Source: Candidatus Methylomirabilia bacterium
Lineage (GTDB): Bacteria; Methylomirabilota; Methylomirabilia; Rokubacteriales; CSP1-6
NCBI GenBank assembly: GCA_041492755.1
Contig: JBGPXN010000021.1
Location: 1 to 41,257 of the forward strand
Length of the DNA: 41,257 nucleotides
Reading direction: 5' to 3'
In this document: piece after piece, positions 21,617 through 30,460 of the stretch
Position numbering within the stretch: position 1 is the stretch's first letter
Layout: every line of letters starts with the position of its first letter
The notes under the pieces: generated by a model
Told to the model about the DNA's origin: nothing
The model's database searches: none
Seen by the model: only the letters and a program-made list of their open reading frames with translations
Position numbers and translations under genes: made by a program

Positions 21617-24313
21617 ATGGCCTCCCCCCAGGCGATCCGGGCCTCGACCCTTCCGGGCGGTGACGGCGCCGCCGCGCGCCTGTCCTGGTATCTCACCGTC
21701 ACCTACGTCATCGCGTCGATGGCGGCGGTCGGCGTCACCTTCCTGCTCATCGGGCTCGGGCTGGAGTTCTCGTTGCGGCAGTGGGGCCACTTCCTGCTCC
21801 TCGCCACCCTCGCCATCCCGGCCTACACGTTCCCCGACGTCTACATGATCCGCCGCCACATCGCGCCCATCACCCGCGTGCTTCGGGTGCTGGACCGCGG
21901 CCAGACGCCGGACAAGGCCGACGTCTCGAAGGCGATCGTGCGGGCCCTCAACCTGCCGTTCTATGCGTTCCTGCGCGTCACGTTGTTCCACGGGCCGGCC
22001 GCGGCCATCTGCGCCGGCACGTTCATGCTCATCACCAACAAGGTGCTGGGCAGTGGCTACCTCCCGTGGCAAGTCGCCGGCGTCATCGTCCTGATCTTCC
22101 TCTTCGCCTCGCCCGCGCACGCGATTGCCGAGTTCTTCGTCATCGCCCGCAAGATCACGCCGGAGGTCGAGCGGCTCTGGGAGTACTGCGAGCACCTGGA
22201 GCCCGAGGACCAGCGGCGGATCATCTCGATCCGGCTGCAGACCAAGCTGCTGTACCTGTCCATCTTCGTCAACTCGCTGCCGCTGCTCTTCTTCGCCTTC
22301 TCCGTCGTGTACAAGGTGGACCGGCTGCTGACGAGCCTGGGCATCCCGCCGACCACCCAGCACATGCTGCCGTTGCTGATGTGGGCGGTCGGCGTCGCGT
22401 TCGTCTGCATCCTGGGCACGCTGGCCATGTCGATCTTCACGGCCGGTGAGGTGTCACGGTCGGCGGCCCGGCTCGCCGACGCCATGCGGGCGGTGGAGCA
22501 CGGTGATCTGGACAACGATCTGCGATTGAGCTCCACCGACGAGTACGCCGTGCTGTACCGGGGCTTCAACCTCATGGTGGGCAGCCTGCGCGACGAGGTG
22601 CAGATCCTGCAGGTCTCGCACGATCTCGCCGGCGAGCTGAACCTGGACACCCTGCTCTCCCGTCTCATGCACGCCACCACCGAGCTGCTCGACGCCGACC
22701 GCAGCACGCTGTTCCTCCACGACCGGAAGACCAACGAGCTGTTCTCGCGGGTGGCCGAGGGGCTGGAGATCAAGGAGATCCGCATCCCGCCGAATAGCGG
22801 CATCGCGGGGGCGGTCTTCACCACCCGGCGGACGGAGAACATTTCCGATCCGTACGCGGACGCCCGCTTCAACCAGGAAGTCGACCGGCGCACCGGCTAT
22901 CGCACCGAGAGCATCCTGGCCATGCCGATCGTCAACAAGAGCGGCGCGTGCATCGGCGTGACGGAAGCCCTCAACAAGCGGGGCGGGCACTTCACGCCCA
23001 AGGACGAGGCCCGCCTGGGCGCGTTCACCGCCCAGGTCGCGGTCGCTCTCGAGAACGCCAAGCTCTTCGAGGACGTGCTCAACGAGAAGAACTACAACGC
23101 CGGAATTTTGAGGTCCACCAGCGACGGCATGGTCACGGTGGACGCGCGCGGGAAGGTGCTCACCGCCAACGACGCCTCGCTCCGCATCCTGGGCCTCGCG
23201 CGCGAGGCCGTGGTGGAGCGGCCGGTGGCCGACGTGTTCGCGGGCACCAACGCCTGGGTGGTCGGCTCGATCGACAAGGTGCGGCAGAGTGGCCGCCGGG
23301 AGATCGTGGTCGGCAAGGAGCTGCGCGTCAGCGACAAGGACACCGCTTCCGTCAACCTCGCCGTCAACCCGCTCATCGACGTCAACGAGGAGCACATCGG
23401 CTCGCTCATCGTGCTCGAGGACATCACGAGCGAGAAGAAGCTCAAGAGCACGATGGCGCGCTACATGTCGCCCGAGGTGGCCGAGCAGCTTCTGGCCGCC
23501 GGCGAGGCCGTCCTCGGTGGCAAGGACCAGAAGGTCTCGATCCTGTTCTCGGACGTGCGCAACTTCACCTCGGTGGCGGAGGCGCTGGGCGCGCGCGAGA
23601 CGGTCTCGATGCTGAACGAGTACTTCGAGCGGATGGTGGACGTCGTCCTCAGCCACAAGGGCGTCCTCGACAAGTTCATCGGCGACGCCGTCATGGCGCT
23701 CTTCGGGGTGCCGTTCAACGGCGAGCACGACGCCGACGACGCCATCCAGGTGGGCAACACGATGTTCGTAGCCCTCCGTACGCTCAACGAGGAGCGGCGC
23801 CGCCAGGGCAAGGACCGGATCGACATCGGCGTGGGCATCTCCACCGGCGTGGTCGTCGTCGGCAACATCGGCTCGACCAAGCGCATGGAGTACACGGTCA
23901 TCGGTGACTCGGTGAACCTGGCCTCGCGCCTCGAGAGCGCGACGAAGTTCTACGGCGCCAGGATCCTCCTCAGCGAGTACACGCGCCTGGAGCTCACGCA
24001 GAAGACGCTGCTGCGCGAGATCGATCTGATGCGGGTCAAGGGCAAGCACGAGCCGGTCGCCATCTACGAGGCCCTCGACCACTTCACCGAGGAGACCTTC
24101 CCCAACCTCGCGGCGACGCTCGGCCACTACACGGAGGGGATGCGCAACTACCGGGCCCGACAGTGGAAGGACGCGCTCGCGTGCTTCCAGGAGGCCCTCG
24201 AGCTGAACCCCAACGACAAGCCGTCCGGCCTGCAGCTCGAGCGCTGCGAGCACTTCATCGAAAGCCCGCCGCCGGCCGACTGGGACGGCGTGTGGACGAT
24301 GACCACGAAGTAG
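21617..24313 (+). CDS. Membrane adenylate cyclase: 6TM-HAMP-GAF-PAS-class III catalytic domain-TPR tail
   Basis: Six hydrophobic segments; DEYAVLYRGFNLM HAMP; DARFNQEVD..TGY..LNK GAF; FSDVRNFT, DKFIGDA, GDSVNLASRLE; PPADWDGV tail. Confidence 0.92.
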   Translation: MASPQAIRASTLPGGDGAAARLSWYLTVTYVIASMAAVGVTFLLIGLGLEFSLRQWGHFLLLATLAIPAYTFPDVYMIRRHIAPITRVLRVLDRGQTPDKADVSKAIVRALNLPFYAFLRVTLFHGPAAAICAGTFMLITNKVLGSGYLPWQVAGVIVLIFLFASPAHAIAEFFVIARKITPEVERLWEYCEHLEPEDQRRIISIRLQTKLLYLSIFVNSLPLLFFAFSVVYKVDRLLTSLGIPPTTQHMLPLLMWAVGVAFVCILGTLAMSIFTAGEVSRSAARLADAMRAVEHGDLDNDLRLSSTDEYAVLYRGFNLMVGSLRDEVQILQVSHDLAGELNLDTLLSRLMHATTELLDADRSTLFLHDRKTNELFSRVAEGLEIKEIRIPPNSGIAGAVFTTRRTENISDPYADARFNQEVDRRTGYRTESILAMPIVNKSGACIGVTEALNKRGGHFTPKDEARLGAFTAQVAVALENAKLFEDVLNEKNYNAGILRSTSDGMVTVDARGKVLTANDASLRILGLAREAVVERPVADVFAGTNAWVVGSIDKVRQSGRREIVVGKELRVSDKDTASVNLAVNPLIDVNEEHIGSLIVLEDITSEKKLKSTMARYMSPEVAEQLLAAGEAVLGGKDQKVSILFSDVRNFTSVAEALGARETVSMLNEYFERMVDVVLSHKGVLDKFIGDAVMALFGVPFNGEHDADDAIQVGNTMFVALRTLNEERRRQGKDRIDIGVGISTGVVVVGNIGSTKRMEYTVIGDSVNLASRLESATKFYGARILLSEYTRLELTQKTLLREIDLMRVKGKHEPVAIYEALDHFTEETFPNLAATLGHYTEGMRNYRARQWKDALACFQEALELNPNDKPSGLQLERCEHFIESPPPADWDGVWTMTTK

Positions 24314-24318
24314 CGCGC

Positions 24319-24347
24319 TTGACGCCCTCCGGGGCCACGGTTACCTT
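24319..24347 (+). promoter_or_regulatory. Sigma70 promoter (leaderless)
   Basis: TTGACG - 17 nt - TACCTT, then 6 nt to ATG 24354. Confidence 0.65.
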
Positions 24348-24353
24348 GACGCC

Positions 24354-24641
24354 ATGACGTTCACGGTCGAGTGCCCCGGCTGCGGCGGTAAGCTCACCAT
24401 CGATCCCGAGGTGCAAGCGGTGATCGCTCACGAACCGCCGCCTCCCAAGCGCACGCTTGGCGACCTCGGAGCGGCGGTTGATGCTCTGCGCTCCAAGTCG
24501 CAAGAGCGCGAGCAGCGCTTCCGCGAGCACGTGCAGGCGGAAGCGAGCAAGAGCAAGGTCCTCGACCGCAAATTTCAGGAGGGGCTCAAGAAAGCGAAGG
24601 ACTCCCCGGACCCGCCGCGGAGGCCGTTCGACTTCGATTGA
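24354..24641 (+). CDS. Small hypothetical protein with N-terminal CxxC and coiled coil
   Basis: VECPGCGGKLTID, charged helical C-terminus, own promoter. Confidence 0.75.
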   Translation: MTFTVECPGCGGKLTIDPEVQAVIAHEPPPPKRTLGDLGAAVDALRSKSQEREQRFREHVQAEASKSKVLDRKFQEGLKKAKDSPDPPRRPFDFD

Positions 24642-24642
24642 G

Positions 24643-24945
24643 ATGGGGGGCCCCGAAATGGCCCCCCATACCCCCCCAAACGCTCGGGGCGCCCCGGCGA
24701 AGCCGTGGCACCCCTCGACCTCCCGCAACGCCCAGCGCCCGGCAAGAGCGTGGCGCCCCTCGATCCCTCGCCACGCCCAGCGCCCGGCAAGAGCGTGGCG
24801 CCCCTCGATCCCTCGCCACGCCCAGCGCCCGGCAAGCGCGTGGCGCCCCTCGACCCCCTGCAACGCTCGGTGAGGCCCGGCAAAAGCGGGGCGTCCCTCC
24901 ACCTCCTTCAACGCTCCGAGCGTCCTGGCGAAGCTGGGGGCGTTC
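24643..24945 (+). repeat. REP/MITE-like element family A, copy 1: head hairpin plus six 45-48 bp tandem hairpin units
   Basis: Head ATGGGGGGCC-CCGAAAT-GGCCCCCCAT; units start at 24680, 24728, 24773, 24818, 24863, 24911 (last one partial). Confidence 0.85.
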
Positions 24946-24970
24946 ATTGACGTCGCGGCGGGCGCTTAGC

Positions 24971-25993
24971 ATGCGGGGCGACGGCGATCTGCTCGGGGGC
25001 GTGCTGCGGCGGGTCAGCCGGAGTTTCTATCTGTCGCTGGCCGTTCTTCCTGTGAGCCTCCGCGAGCCCATCGGCCTCGCCTACCTGCTCGCGCGTGCCG
25101 CCGACACCGTCGCCGACACGGGCCTGCTCCCCCGCGCCGATCGGCTTCGCCACCTCGAGGCGCTGCGCAAGGCGTTCGCCGGCGCGGGGGACGGCGTCGC
25201 GGAGGTGGCTCGCGCGTGCCTGCCGCACCAGGCGCTCGACGCCGAGCGCCGGCTGCTCGAGCGCGTCGACGAGGCGCTGGCGCGCATGCGGGCGCTGCCC
25301 TCCGCCGATCGCGCCGACGTGCAGGACGTGCTCGCCACGCTGACGCGCGGCATGATCTTCGACCTTACGCGGTTCCCCGGAGACGACGCGGCCGCGCTCG
25401 CCGCGCTGCCCGCGTGGCCCGACCTCGACGAATACACGTACCTGGTCGCCGGCTGCGTGGGACCCTTCTGGACGGCGCTGCACGTCCGCCACCGACCGCG
25501 GCTCGCCGCCTGGGACGTGAGCGCGATGAGCGCGCAGGGTGTTCGCTTCGGCAAGGCGCTCCAGATGACGAACGTGCTGCGCGACGTGCCGCGCGATCTG
25601 CGCGTCGGGCGCTGTTACATCCCCGGGGACGAGCTGGCCGCGCTCCACCTCCGCCCCGCCGATCTACTCGATCGCGCCGTTTGGCCACGGGCGCGCCCGC
25701 TGTTTCGCGGGCTGCTGGAACGCACGCTCGCGCACTACGACGTCGCCTGGCGCTACACGCTCGCCATTCCACGCTCCGAGTTCCGCATGCGGCTGGCCTG
25801 CACGTGGGCGCTCCTCATCGGCCTCGCGACGCTCGCCGAGCTCGCGGCCCACCCCGATCCGCTCAGCGCCGGCACTGCCATCAAGATCCCGCGTGCCGCC
25901 GTGCGAGGCATCGTCGCCCGTTCGGCGCTCGCCGTCGGGTCGAACCGTGCGCTCGCCCGGTTGGCCGCGCGCGGCCGCGCCGCCGTCGGGTGA
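24971..25993 (+). CDS. Squalene/phytoene synthase family (SQS-like farnesyl-diphosphate farnesyltransferase)
   Basis: SRSFYLSL, RAADTVAD, YLVAGCVG, GKALQMTNVLRD, GRCYIP. Confidence 0.9.
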   Translation: MRGDGDLLGGVLRRVSRSFYLSLAVLPVSLREPIGLAYLLARAADTVADTGLLPRADRLRHLEALRKAFAGAGDGVAEVARACLPHQALDAERRLLERVDEALARMRALPSADRADVQDVLATLTRGMIFDLTRFPGDDAAALAALPAWPDLDEYTYLVAGCVGPFWTALHVRHRPRLAAWDVSAMSAQGVRFGKALQMTNVLRDVPRDLRVGRCYIPGDELAALHLRPADLLDRAVWPRARPLFRGLLERTLAHYDVAWRYTLAIPRSEFRMRLACTWALLIGLATLAELAAHPDPLSAGTAIKIPRAAVRGIVARSALAVGSNRALARLAARGRAAVG

Positions 25994-25997
25994 GTAC

Positions 25998-26128
25998 ATG
26001 GGGGGCCCCGATATGGCCCCCCATACCCCCCACCGCTCGGACGCGCCCCGGGACACCCGGGGCGCCCCTCGACATCCCCATCGCTCGGGGCGCCCCGGCG
26101 GGGCCGGGGCTCTCCTCGAATTCCCTCA
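25998..26128 (+). repeat. REP/MITE-like element family A, copy 2: head hairpin plus two 48-bp units
   Basis: Head ATGGGGGGCC-CCGATAT-GGCCCCCCAT, one base different from copy 1; units with GCCCCGG..CCGGGGC stems. Confidence 0.85.
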
Positions 26129-26157
26129 TACCCTCTGAGATCGGCCGCGGCTCGAGC

Positions 26158-27036
26158 TCAATTCGTGATCGTGAGGCTCAGGAGCGTTGCGGGATCGACC
26201 CGGGCGCCGCCGAGCTGGACGCCGAAGTGCAGGTGGGGACCGGTGGCGCGGCCGGTGGCGCCGACCGTGGCGATCGGTTGGCCACGCGTCACCCGCTCGC
26301 CGTCGGTGACCGAGACCGTGTCGAGGTGGAAGTAGAGGGTGTGAAGCCCGAGCCCGTGGTCGATGACGACGAGGCGACCCGCGAAGAAGTGCTCGGCGAT
26401 CAGCGCGACGCGGCCGTCGTTGACCGCCACCACGGGCGTCGCGCGCGGCACGGCGAAATCGATGCCGCTGTGGGCGGCACGCGGCTTGCCGTTGATGACC
26501 CGACGCGCCCCGAAGCCGGTTCCGGGCTCGGCGCTGGCGACGGGGAGAGTGAAGCGACCGCGCCACAACCGCTCGGGCGTGATCGTCCGGTACAGGGTCC
26601 GCATCCGCTCGGCTTCTGCCCGCGCACGCTCCTCGGTGGCCGGATCGAGGTCCACCATGGGCGTCGGCAGCGTGAGTCGCTGAACGGGGAAGCTCCGCGA
26701 CCGGATCTCGACGGTGCCCGCCGCCGTCCGCGAGGGCTGGCCCACCTGCACGGTGGCCATCCTCCACGGTGTCCGCCCCGCGGCGGTGTCCACGTCGAAG
26801 CCGACCAGGGCCGCGACGCCGCCCCCGTAGAGAAAGAACGTCAGCGGCCGGCCACCCACGTGGCCCTCGACGGTGGCGCCCGTCGGGACGTCGCGGACGT
26901 GCACCCAGGTGACCTCTCCCACGCGGGGCGAGCCGTGCCAACTGACGACCAGCGGGTGGGCGAGCGCCGGGGTCGCAGACGTGACGGTCGAGGTGAGAGC
27001 GAGGAGGAGGAGCGCCCGGCGGCGGGCGCGGATCAC
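26158..27036 (-). CDS. M23 family metallopeptidase
   Basis: HSGIDF, YFHL, TGRATGPHLHF; signal peptide; GTG overlaps the PAC2 stop. Confidence 0.9.
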   Translation of the reverse strand: MIRARRRALLLLALTSTVTSATPALAHPLVVSWHGSPRVGEVTWVHVRDVPTGATVEGHVGGRPLTFFLYGGGVAALVGFDVDTAAGRTPWRMATVQVGQPSRTAAGTVEIRSRSFPVQRLTLPTPMVDLDPATEERARAEAERMRTLYRTITPERLWRGRFTLPVASAEPGTGFGARRVINGKPRAAHSGIDFAVPRATPVVAVNDGRVALIAEHFFAGRLVVIDHGLGLHTLYFHLDTVSVTDGERVTRGQPIATVGATGRATGPHLHFGVQLGGARVDPATLLSLTITN

Positions 27037-27914
27037 TCGGGGCGCTGTTGCCGCAGAAACTGCTCGATCTCGGCGACGAGCTCCGAGGCCGGCGGGAGGT
27101 CGCTGCTCGGGGCCGACGCGGGAAACTCCTCCTCCGCGTCCTTGGTCTCGAGCTTCGCGATGTAGCTGGCGATCTTCGTGTTCTGGGCCACGATCTCCGT
27201 GAGGTTCTGATCGAACTGCTTGCCTGCTTCCTCGAGGTCGCTGAGATCGGTCTCGGCGCCCAGCAGCTCGAGCACGCGACGAACGAGAGCCAGCGAGGCG
27301 CGCGGGTTCTCGATCCCGGAAATGTAGTGGGGGACGTTCGCCCAGAGACTCGCCGTCGACAGGCCGTCGTCGCGGCAGATCGTGTTCAGGACGCCGACGA
27401 TGCCGGTGGGCCCCTCGTACCGGGTCGGCCGGATCCCCAGACGGGCGGCCAGCTCGGGGTCGGAGGCGCCGCCGACCAGCCGGATCGGGCGCGTGTGCGG
27501 AACTTCGGCGAGGAGTGCCCCGAGCGTGAGCACGAGCGTGGCCTCGCAGGTCCGCGCGAACTGCAAGATGAGGTTGGCGTAGGTGCGCCACTTCAGGTGC
27601 GGCTCCGGAGCCACGCCGACGATGAGGTCCCGCGGGAGATCGCCTCCCTGCGCGAGAGAGAACTCCGTCACCGGCCAGAGTACCTCGCGCTCGGTCTCCG
27701 AGCCCGACTTGAAGCGCACGTACGGACGGGACAGCCCGAAGTGATAGAACTCCTCGGGGTCGATCTCGGCGACCTTCTCGGCGTGGAACGAGGCGGCCAG
27801 GTACCGCGCCGCCGTGGTGGCCGACTCCGCCGCGTCGTTCCATCCGGCAAACGCCATGATGAGGATGGGGCGGCGCAGGTTCCGCGGAAGTTCGTGGATC
27901 TTCAGTGCGTCCAT
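27033..27914 (-). CDS. PAC2 family (proteasome assembly chaperone-like) protein
   Basis: AFAGWNDAAE, IDPEEFY, EPHLKW, LGALLAEVPHTRP, YEGPTGI, WANVPHY, ELVAEIEQFL. Confidence 0.88.
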   Translation of the reverse strand: MDALKIHELPRNLRRPILIMAFAGWNDAAESATTAARYLAASFHAEKVAEIDPEEFYHFGLSRPYVRFKSGSETEREVLWPVTEFSLAQGGDLPRDLIVGVAPEPHLKWRTYANLILQFARTCEATLVLTLGALLAEVPHTRPIRLVGGASDPELAARLGIRPTRYEGPTGIVGVLNTICRDDGLSTASLWANVPHYISGIENPRASLALVRRVLELLGAETDLSDLEEAGKQFDQNLTEIVAQNTKIASYIAKLETKDAEEEFPASAPSSDLPPASELVAEIEQFLRQQRPE

Positions 27915-28016
27915 GCGGTGTCATTCGGAGTTTAACACGAGCGGCCGGCGCCGCGCCGCGCCGAGGCTCGTGATAGCATTGGAGCGCAACGATCCCCCCA
28001 CGGAGGTCACCCAATC

Positions 28017-28274
28017 ATGCGACGCGATCCCCTGCGCTGGCTGTTGATCAGTGGTGTGCTCGTGGCGACGGCGGCATGCGCGACCGGCGAGGAGTGGACG
28101 ACGTGGAAGTCGCATTCGACCCACTTCGCCTCGGGCGAGCACATGTTCTTCTCCGTCCGCAACCGAGAGGGCAACGAGGCCAAGGTGACCCGGCAGGACA
28201 TTGCGCTGGCCCGCGACGAGGCGTGGTGGGGCAAGCCCATCACGGTGGGGCAGGAGCAGATCCTTGAGCGGTAG
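28017..28274 (+). CDS. Putative lipoprotein
   Basis: GGAGG RBS, hydrophobic signal with lipobox TAAC. Confidence 0.7.
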   Translation: MRRDPLRWLLISGVLVATAACATGEEWTTWKSHSTHFASGEHMFFSVRNREGNEAKVTRQDIALARDEAWWGKPITVGQEQILER

Positions 28275-28980
28275 ACTACGCGGCGCAGCGCTGGTGCTGC
28301 TGGCCGCCGCGACGTTCCCTATCGCCGCGACGCTCGGCGCCGGCGCCGCGCTGGCCGCGCCGGGCGAGGACCGGATCCTCCCCACCGACCAGTACACGTC
28401 GGCGAAGGCGCGCCGACTGGCGGAGACGCACCACGGCGCGCTGCGCGAGCTCAACACGGCCGTGTACCACTGCTTGCCGTGGGTGGAAGTGGCTCGGCAG
28501 AGTATCGGCTTCTTCAAGCCCCGGAACGCCCCCCAGGACGACCGATATCTTTCGATCCGGATCTACATCGAGCAGGACCCGTCGCCGCAGTTCGCCACCC
28601 TCCGCATGGAGGACCGCGGCTCGGCGATGTTCTCGCGCTACGTTGGCCACCTGCTCCGGCGGATGACCCGGAGTCCCGCGCTGGCCGCGGAGACCGCCGT
28701 CGACGGATTCACGATCATCCTGGAGTGGCTCAAGCAGACGCCGCGGGCGGGAGGCCGGCCCATCCACGAGACGGTCGCGGTCTTCGTGCCGCGCGTGGTG
28801 GCGAGCGACTATCTGGCCGGCCGGATCCCCATCGGCCAGGTCGCGAACGGCTCGAAGGTCTTCGGCTGGGACGGCGAGACCGCGCTCGGCGAGCTCAAGC
28901 TCACGGCCTGGGACGACAACTTCGCGACCACCTTCAAGGTGGCGAACTACCAGATGGAGCCCGGCGTCACCTGCCAGTGA
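28264..28980 (+). CDS. Exported hypothetical protein
   Basis: TTG start overlapping the lipoprotein end, Ala-rich signal peptide, host-like codon usage. Confidence 0.7.
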   Translation: MSGRLRGAALVLLAAATFPIAATLGAGAALAAPGEDRILPTDQYTSAKARRLAETHHGALRELNTAVYHCLPWVEVARQSIGFFKPRNAPQDDRYLSIRIYIEQDPSPQFATLRMEDRGSAMFSRYVGHLLRRMTRSPALAAETAVDGFTIILEWLKQTPRAGGRPIHETVAVFVPRVVASDYLAGRIPIGQVANGSKVFGWDGETALGELKLTAWDDNFATTFKVANYQMEPGVTCQ

Positions 28981-28990
28981 GGGGAAAGGA

Positions 28991-29536
28991 TCACCGGCGG
29001 CCGTGTCTCGGCAACGATCTCCGGGTGCCGTTCCCGAGCAACGCGCGAAGCATACGGCGAGTCGAAGCGAAGGCGATCCTCCTGAACGGCAGCTGGTCGA
29101 TGGCGAACCATCGCAACTCCGCGACGTCATCGGCCGGCCGCAACGGGCCCGGCGCCAGCGTCACCCAAAACAAGATCGAGAGCACCGGACAGCCGTCGCG
29201 GCCGTAACGGTCAGCCGCCCCCCCGGCCCAGCGCATCCGACGCACGGTCGCGCCGAGCTCCTCGCGCAGCTCGCGTCGTAGCCCCTGCTCCGGTGTCTCG
29301 CCGGACTCGAGGAATCCTCCCGGGATGTCCCACATCCCGGCGTAGGGCGGCCGCGCGCGCCGACCCAGGAGCAACCGGCCCGCCCGCACGATGAGCCCGT
29401 TCGCCGCGGGCACCGGGTTGTCGTAAAAGATCCAGCCGCACGCCCGGCACCGCCGCCGGCGGCGCCGGCCCTCGCGCACGGTCACGAGTCGTCCCCGGCA
29501 CTCCAGGCAGTACCGCGCGCGCCGTTCGAGGGGCAG
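28991..29536 (-). CDS. Nudix hydrolase with N-terminal zinc ribbon; probable CTG start
   Basis: YCLECRG..CRACGWIFYDNP, PGGFLESGETPEQGLRRELREELG; GGAG 7 nt before an in-frame CTG at 29536. Confidence 0.75.
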   Translation of the reverse strand: MPLERRARYCLECRGRLVTVREGRRRRRRCRACGWIFYDNPVPAANGLIVRAGRLLLGRRARPPYAGMWDIPGGFLESGETPEQGLRRELREELGATVRRMRWAGGAADRYGRDGCPVLSILFWVTLAPGPLRPADDVAELRWFAIDQLPFRRIAFASTRRMLRALLGNGTRRSLPRHGRR

Positions 29537-29539
29537 GTT

Positions 29540-30412
29540 TCAGCTCCGGCCGGGCCCGGGCGCGCGACCGAGCGCCTCGCGCACACGGGTGGCGATCTCG
29601 GTGAGCGCGCGCGCGGCTGCGCTCGCCGGCGCGACGGTCACGAACGGCTCGCCGCGGTCGGCGGCGACGGCCAGCGCGGGATCGAACGGCACGCGTCCGA
29701 GCAACGCGATCCCGGTCTCCGCGGCCAGCGTGGCGGCGTCCGGCCCGGGGAAGAGCCCGGCCATGTTCTCCACCAGCCCCAGGACGGGAGCGCGCACGCC
29801 CTGCGCCACCGTGATCGACTTGCGCACCACGAGATGCGACACCTCCGAGGGGAGCGTCACCACGATGGTGCCGGCGAGGTCGGGGATGAGCGCGGTGATG
29901 GTGGCGAGGCGGTCGGTGCCGGGCGGCAAATCGATGACGAGCGCGTCCAGAGCGCCCCAGCGCGTATCGGCGAGGAACTCGCGAAGCGCGTTGGCCTCCA
30001 TGGTGCCGCGCCAGGTATAGGACTCGTCCTGGCTCGGCGCATCCCACGTGAGCGGCGTCGCGTCGCCGGGCAGCAACAGATCCATCGACATGACACGGAC
30101 GCCGAGCGCGCTCGCGGGCGGCTCCACGGCGTCGGCCGTCACGACGAGCCGCTCGCCGCGGACGCCGAGCATCTTGGCCATGGTAGGGCCGTTGAGATCG
30201 GCATCGAGGACACCGACGCGCCAGCCGGCCACCGCGAGCGCACTGGCGAGGTTCGCGGTCACCGTCGACTTGCCCACGCCGCCCTTGCCGGACACGACGG
30301 CGATGACGGCGCGGACGTCCGCCAGCCGCCGCCGCAGGCGCTCGAGCTGCTCGGCAACCTGACCGTGGACGTTGGATCCGCCGTCCCCTGCGATGTCCTT
30401 GTATTTCTTCAT
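29540..30412 (-). CDS. mrp: Mrp/NBP35 (ApbC)-family P-loop ATPase lacking the CxxC motif
   Basis: SGKGGVGKST, DADLNGP, WRG, DLPPGT, GLVENM; no cysteine in the translation. Confidence 0.85.
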   Translation of the reverse strand: MKKYKDIAGDGGSNVHGQVAEQLERLRRRLADVRAVIAVVSGKGGVGKSTVTANLASALAVAGWRVGVLDADLNGPTMAKMLGVRGERLVVTADAVEPPASALGVRVMSMDLLLPGDATPLTWDAPSQDESYTWRGTMEANALREFLADTRWGALDALVIDLPPGTDRLATITALIPDLAGTIVVTLPSEVSHLVVRKSITVAQGVRAPVLGLVENMAGLFPGPDAATLAAETGIALLGRVPFDPALAVAADRGEPFVTVAPASAAARALTEIATRVREALGRAPGPGRS

Positions 30413-30460
30413 GCCGCGATCAAGTGGTGGTCGACGTCGGCATTCGTGGCGATATCGCGA

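Noticed and set aside
24680..24945. 45-48 bp periodic array as a CRISPR array
   Set aside because: Units are tandem with no unique spacers, the same motif recurs at 25998-26128, and no cas1/cas2 or effector genes are present
24947..24972. TTGACG..TAGCAT as the squalene synthase promoter
   Set aside because: Spacer is only 14 nt and the -10 box overlaps the ATG
29537..29545. Selenocysteine read-through of the mrp TGA
   Set aside because: No convincing SECIS-like hairpin follows, the TGA is not at a Cys-equivalent position, and a CTG start with RBS explains the downstream frame
30409..30460. Short frame RDIATNADVDHHLIAA* overlapping the mrp start as a gene remnant
   Set aside because: Only 16 codons with no start; too short to distinguish from chance
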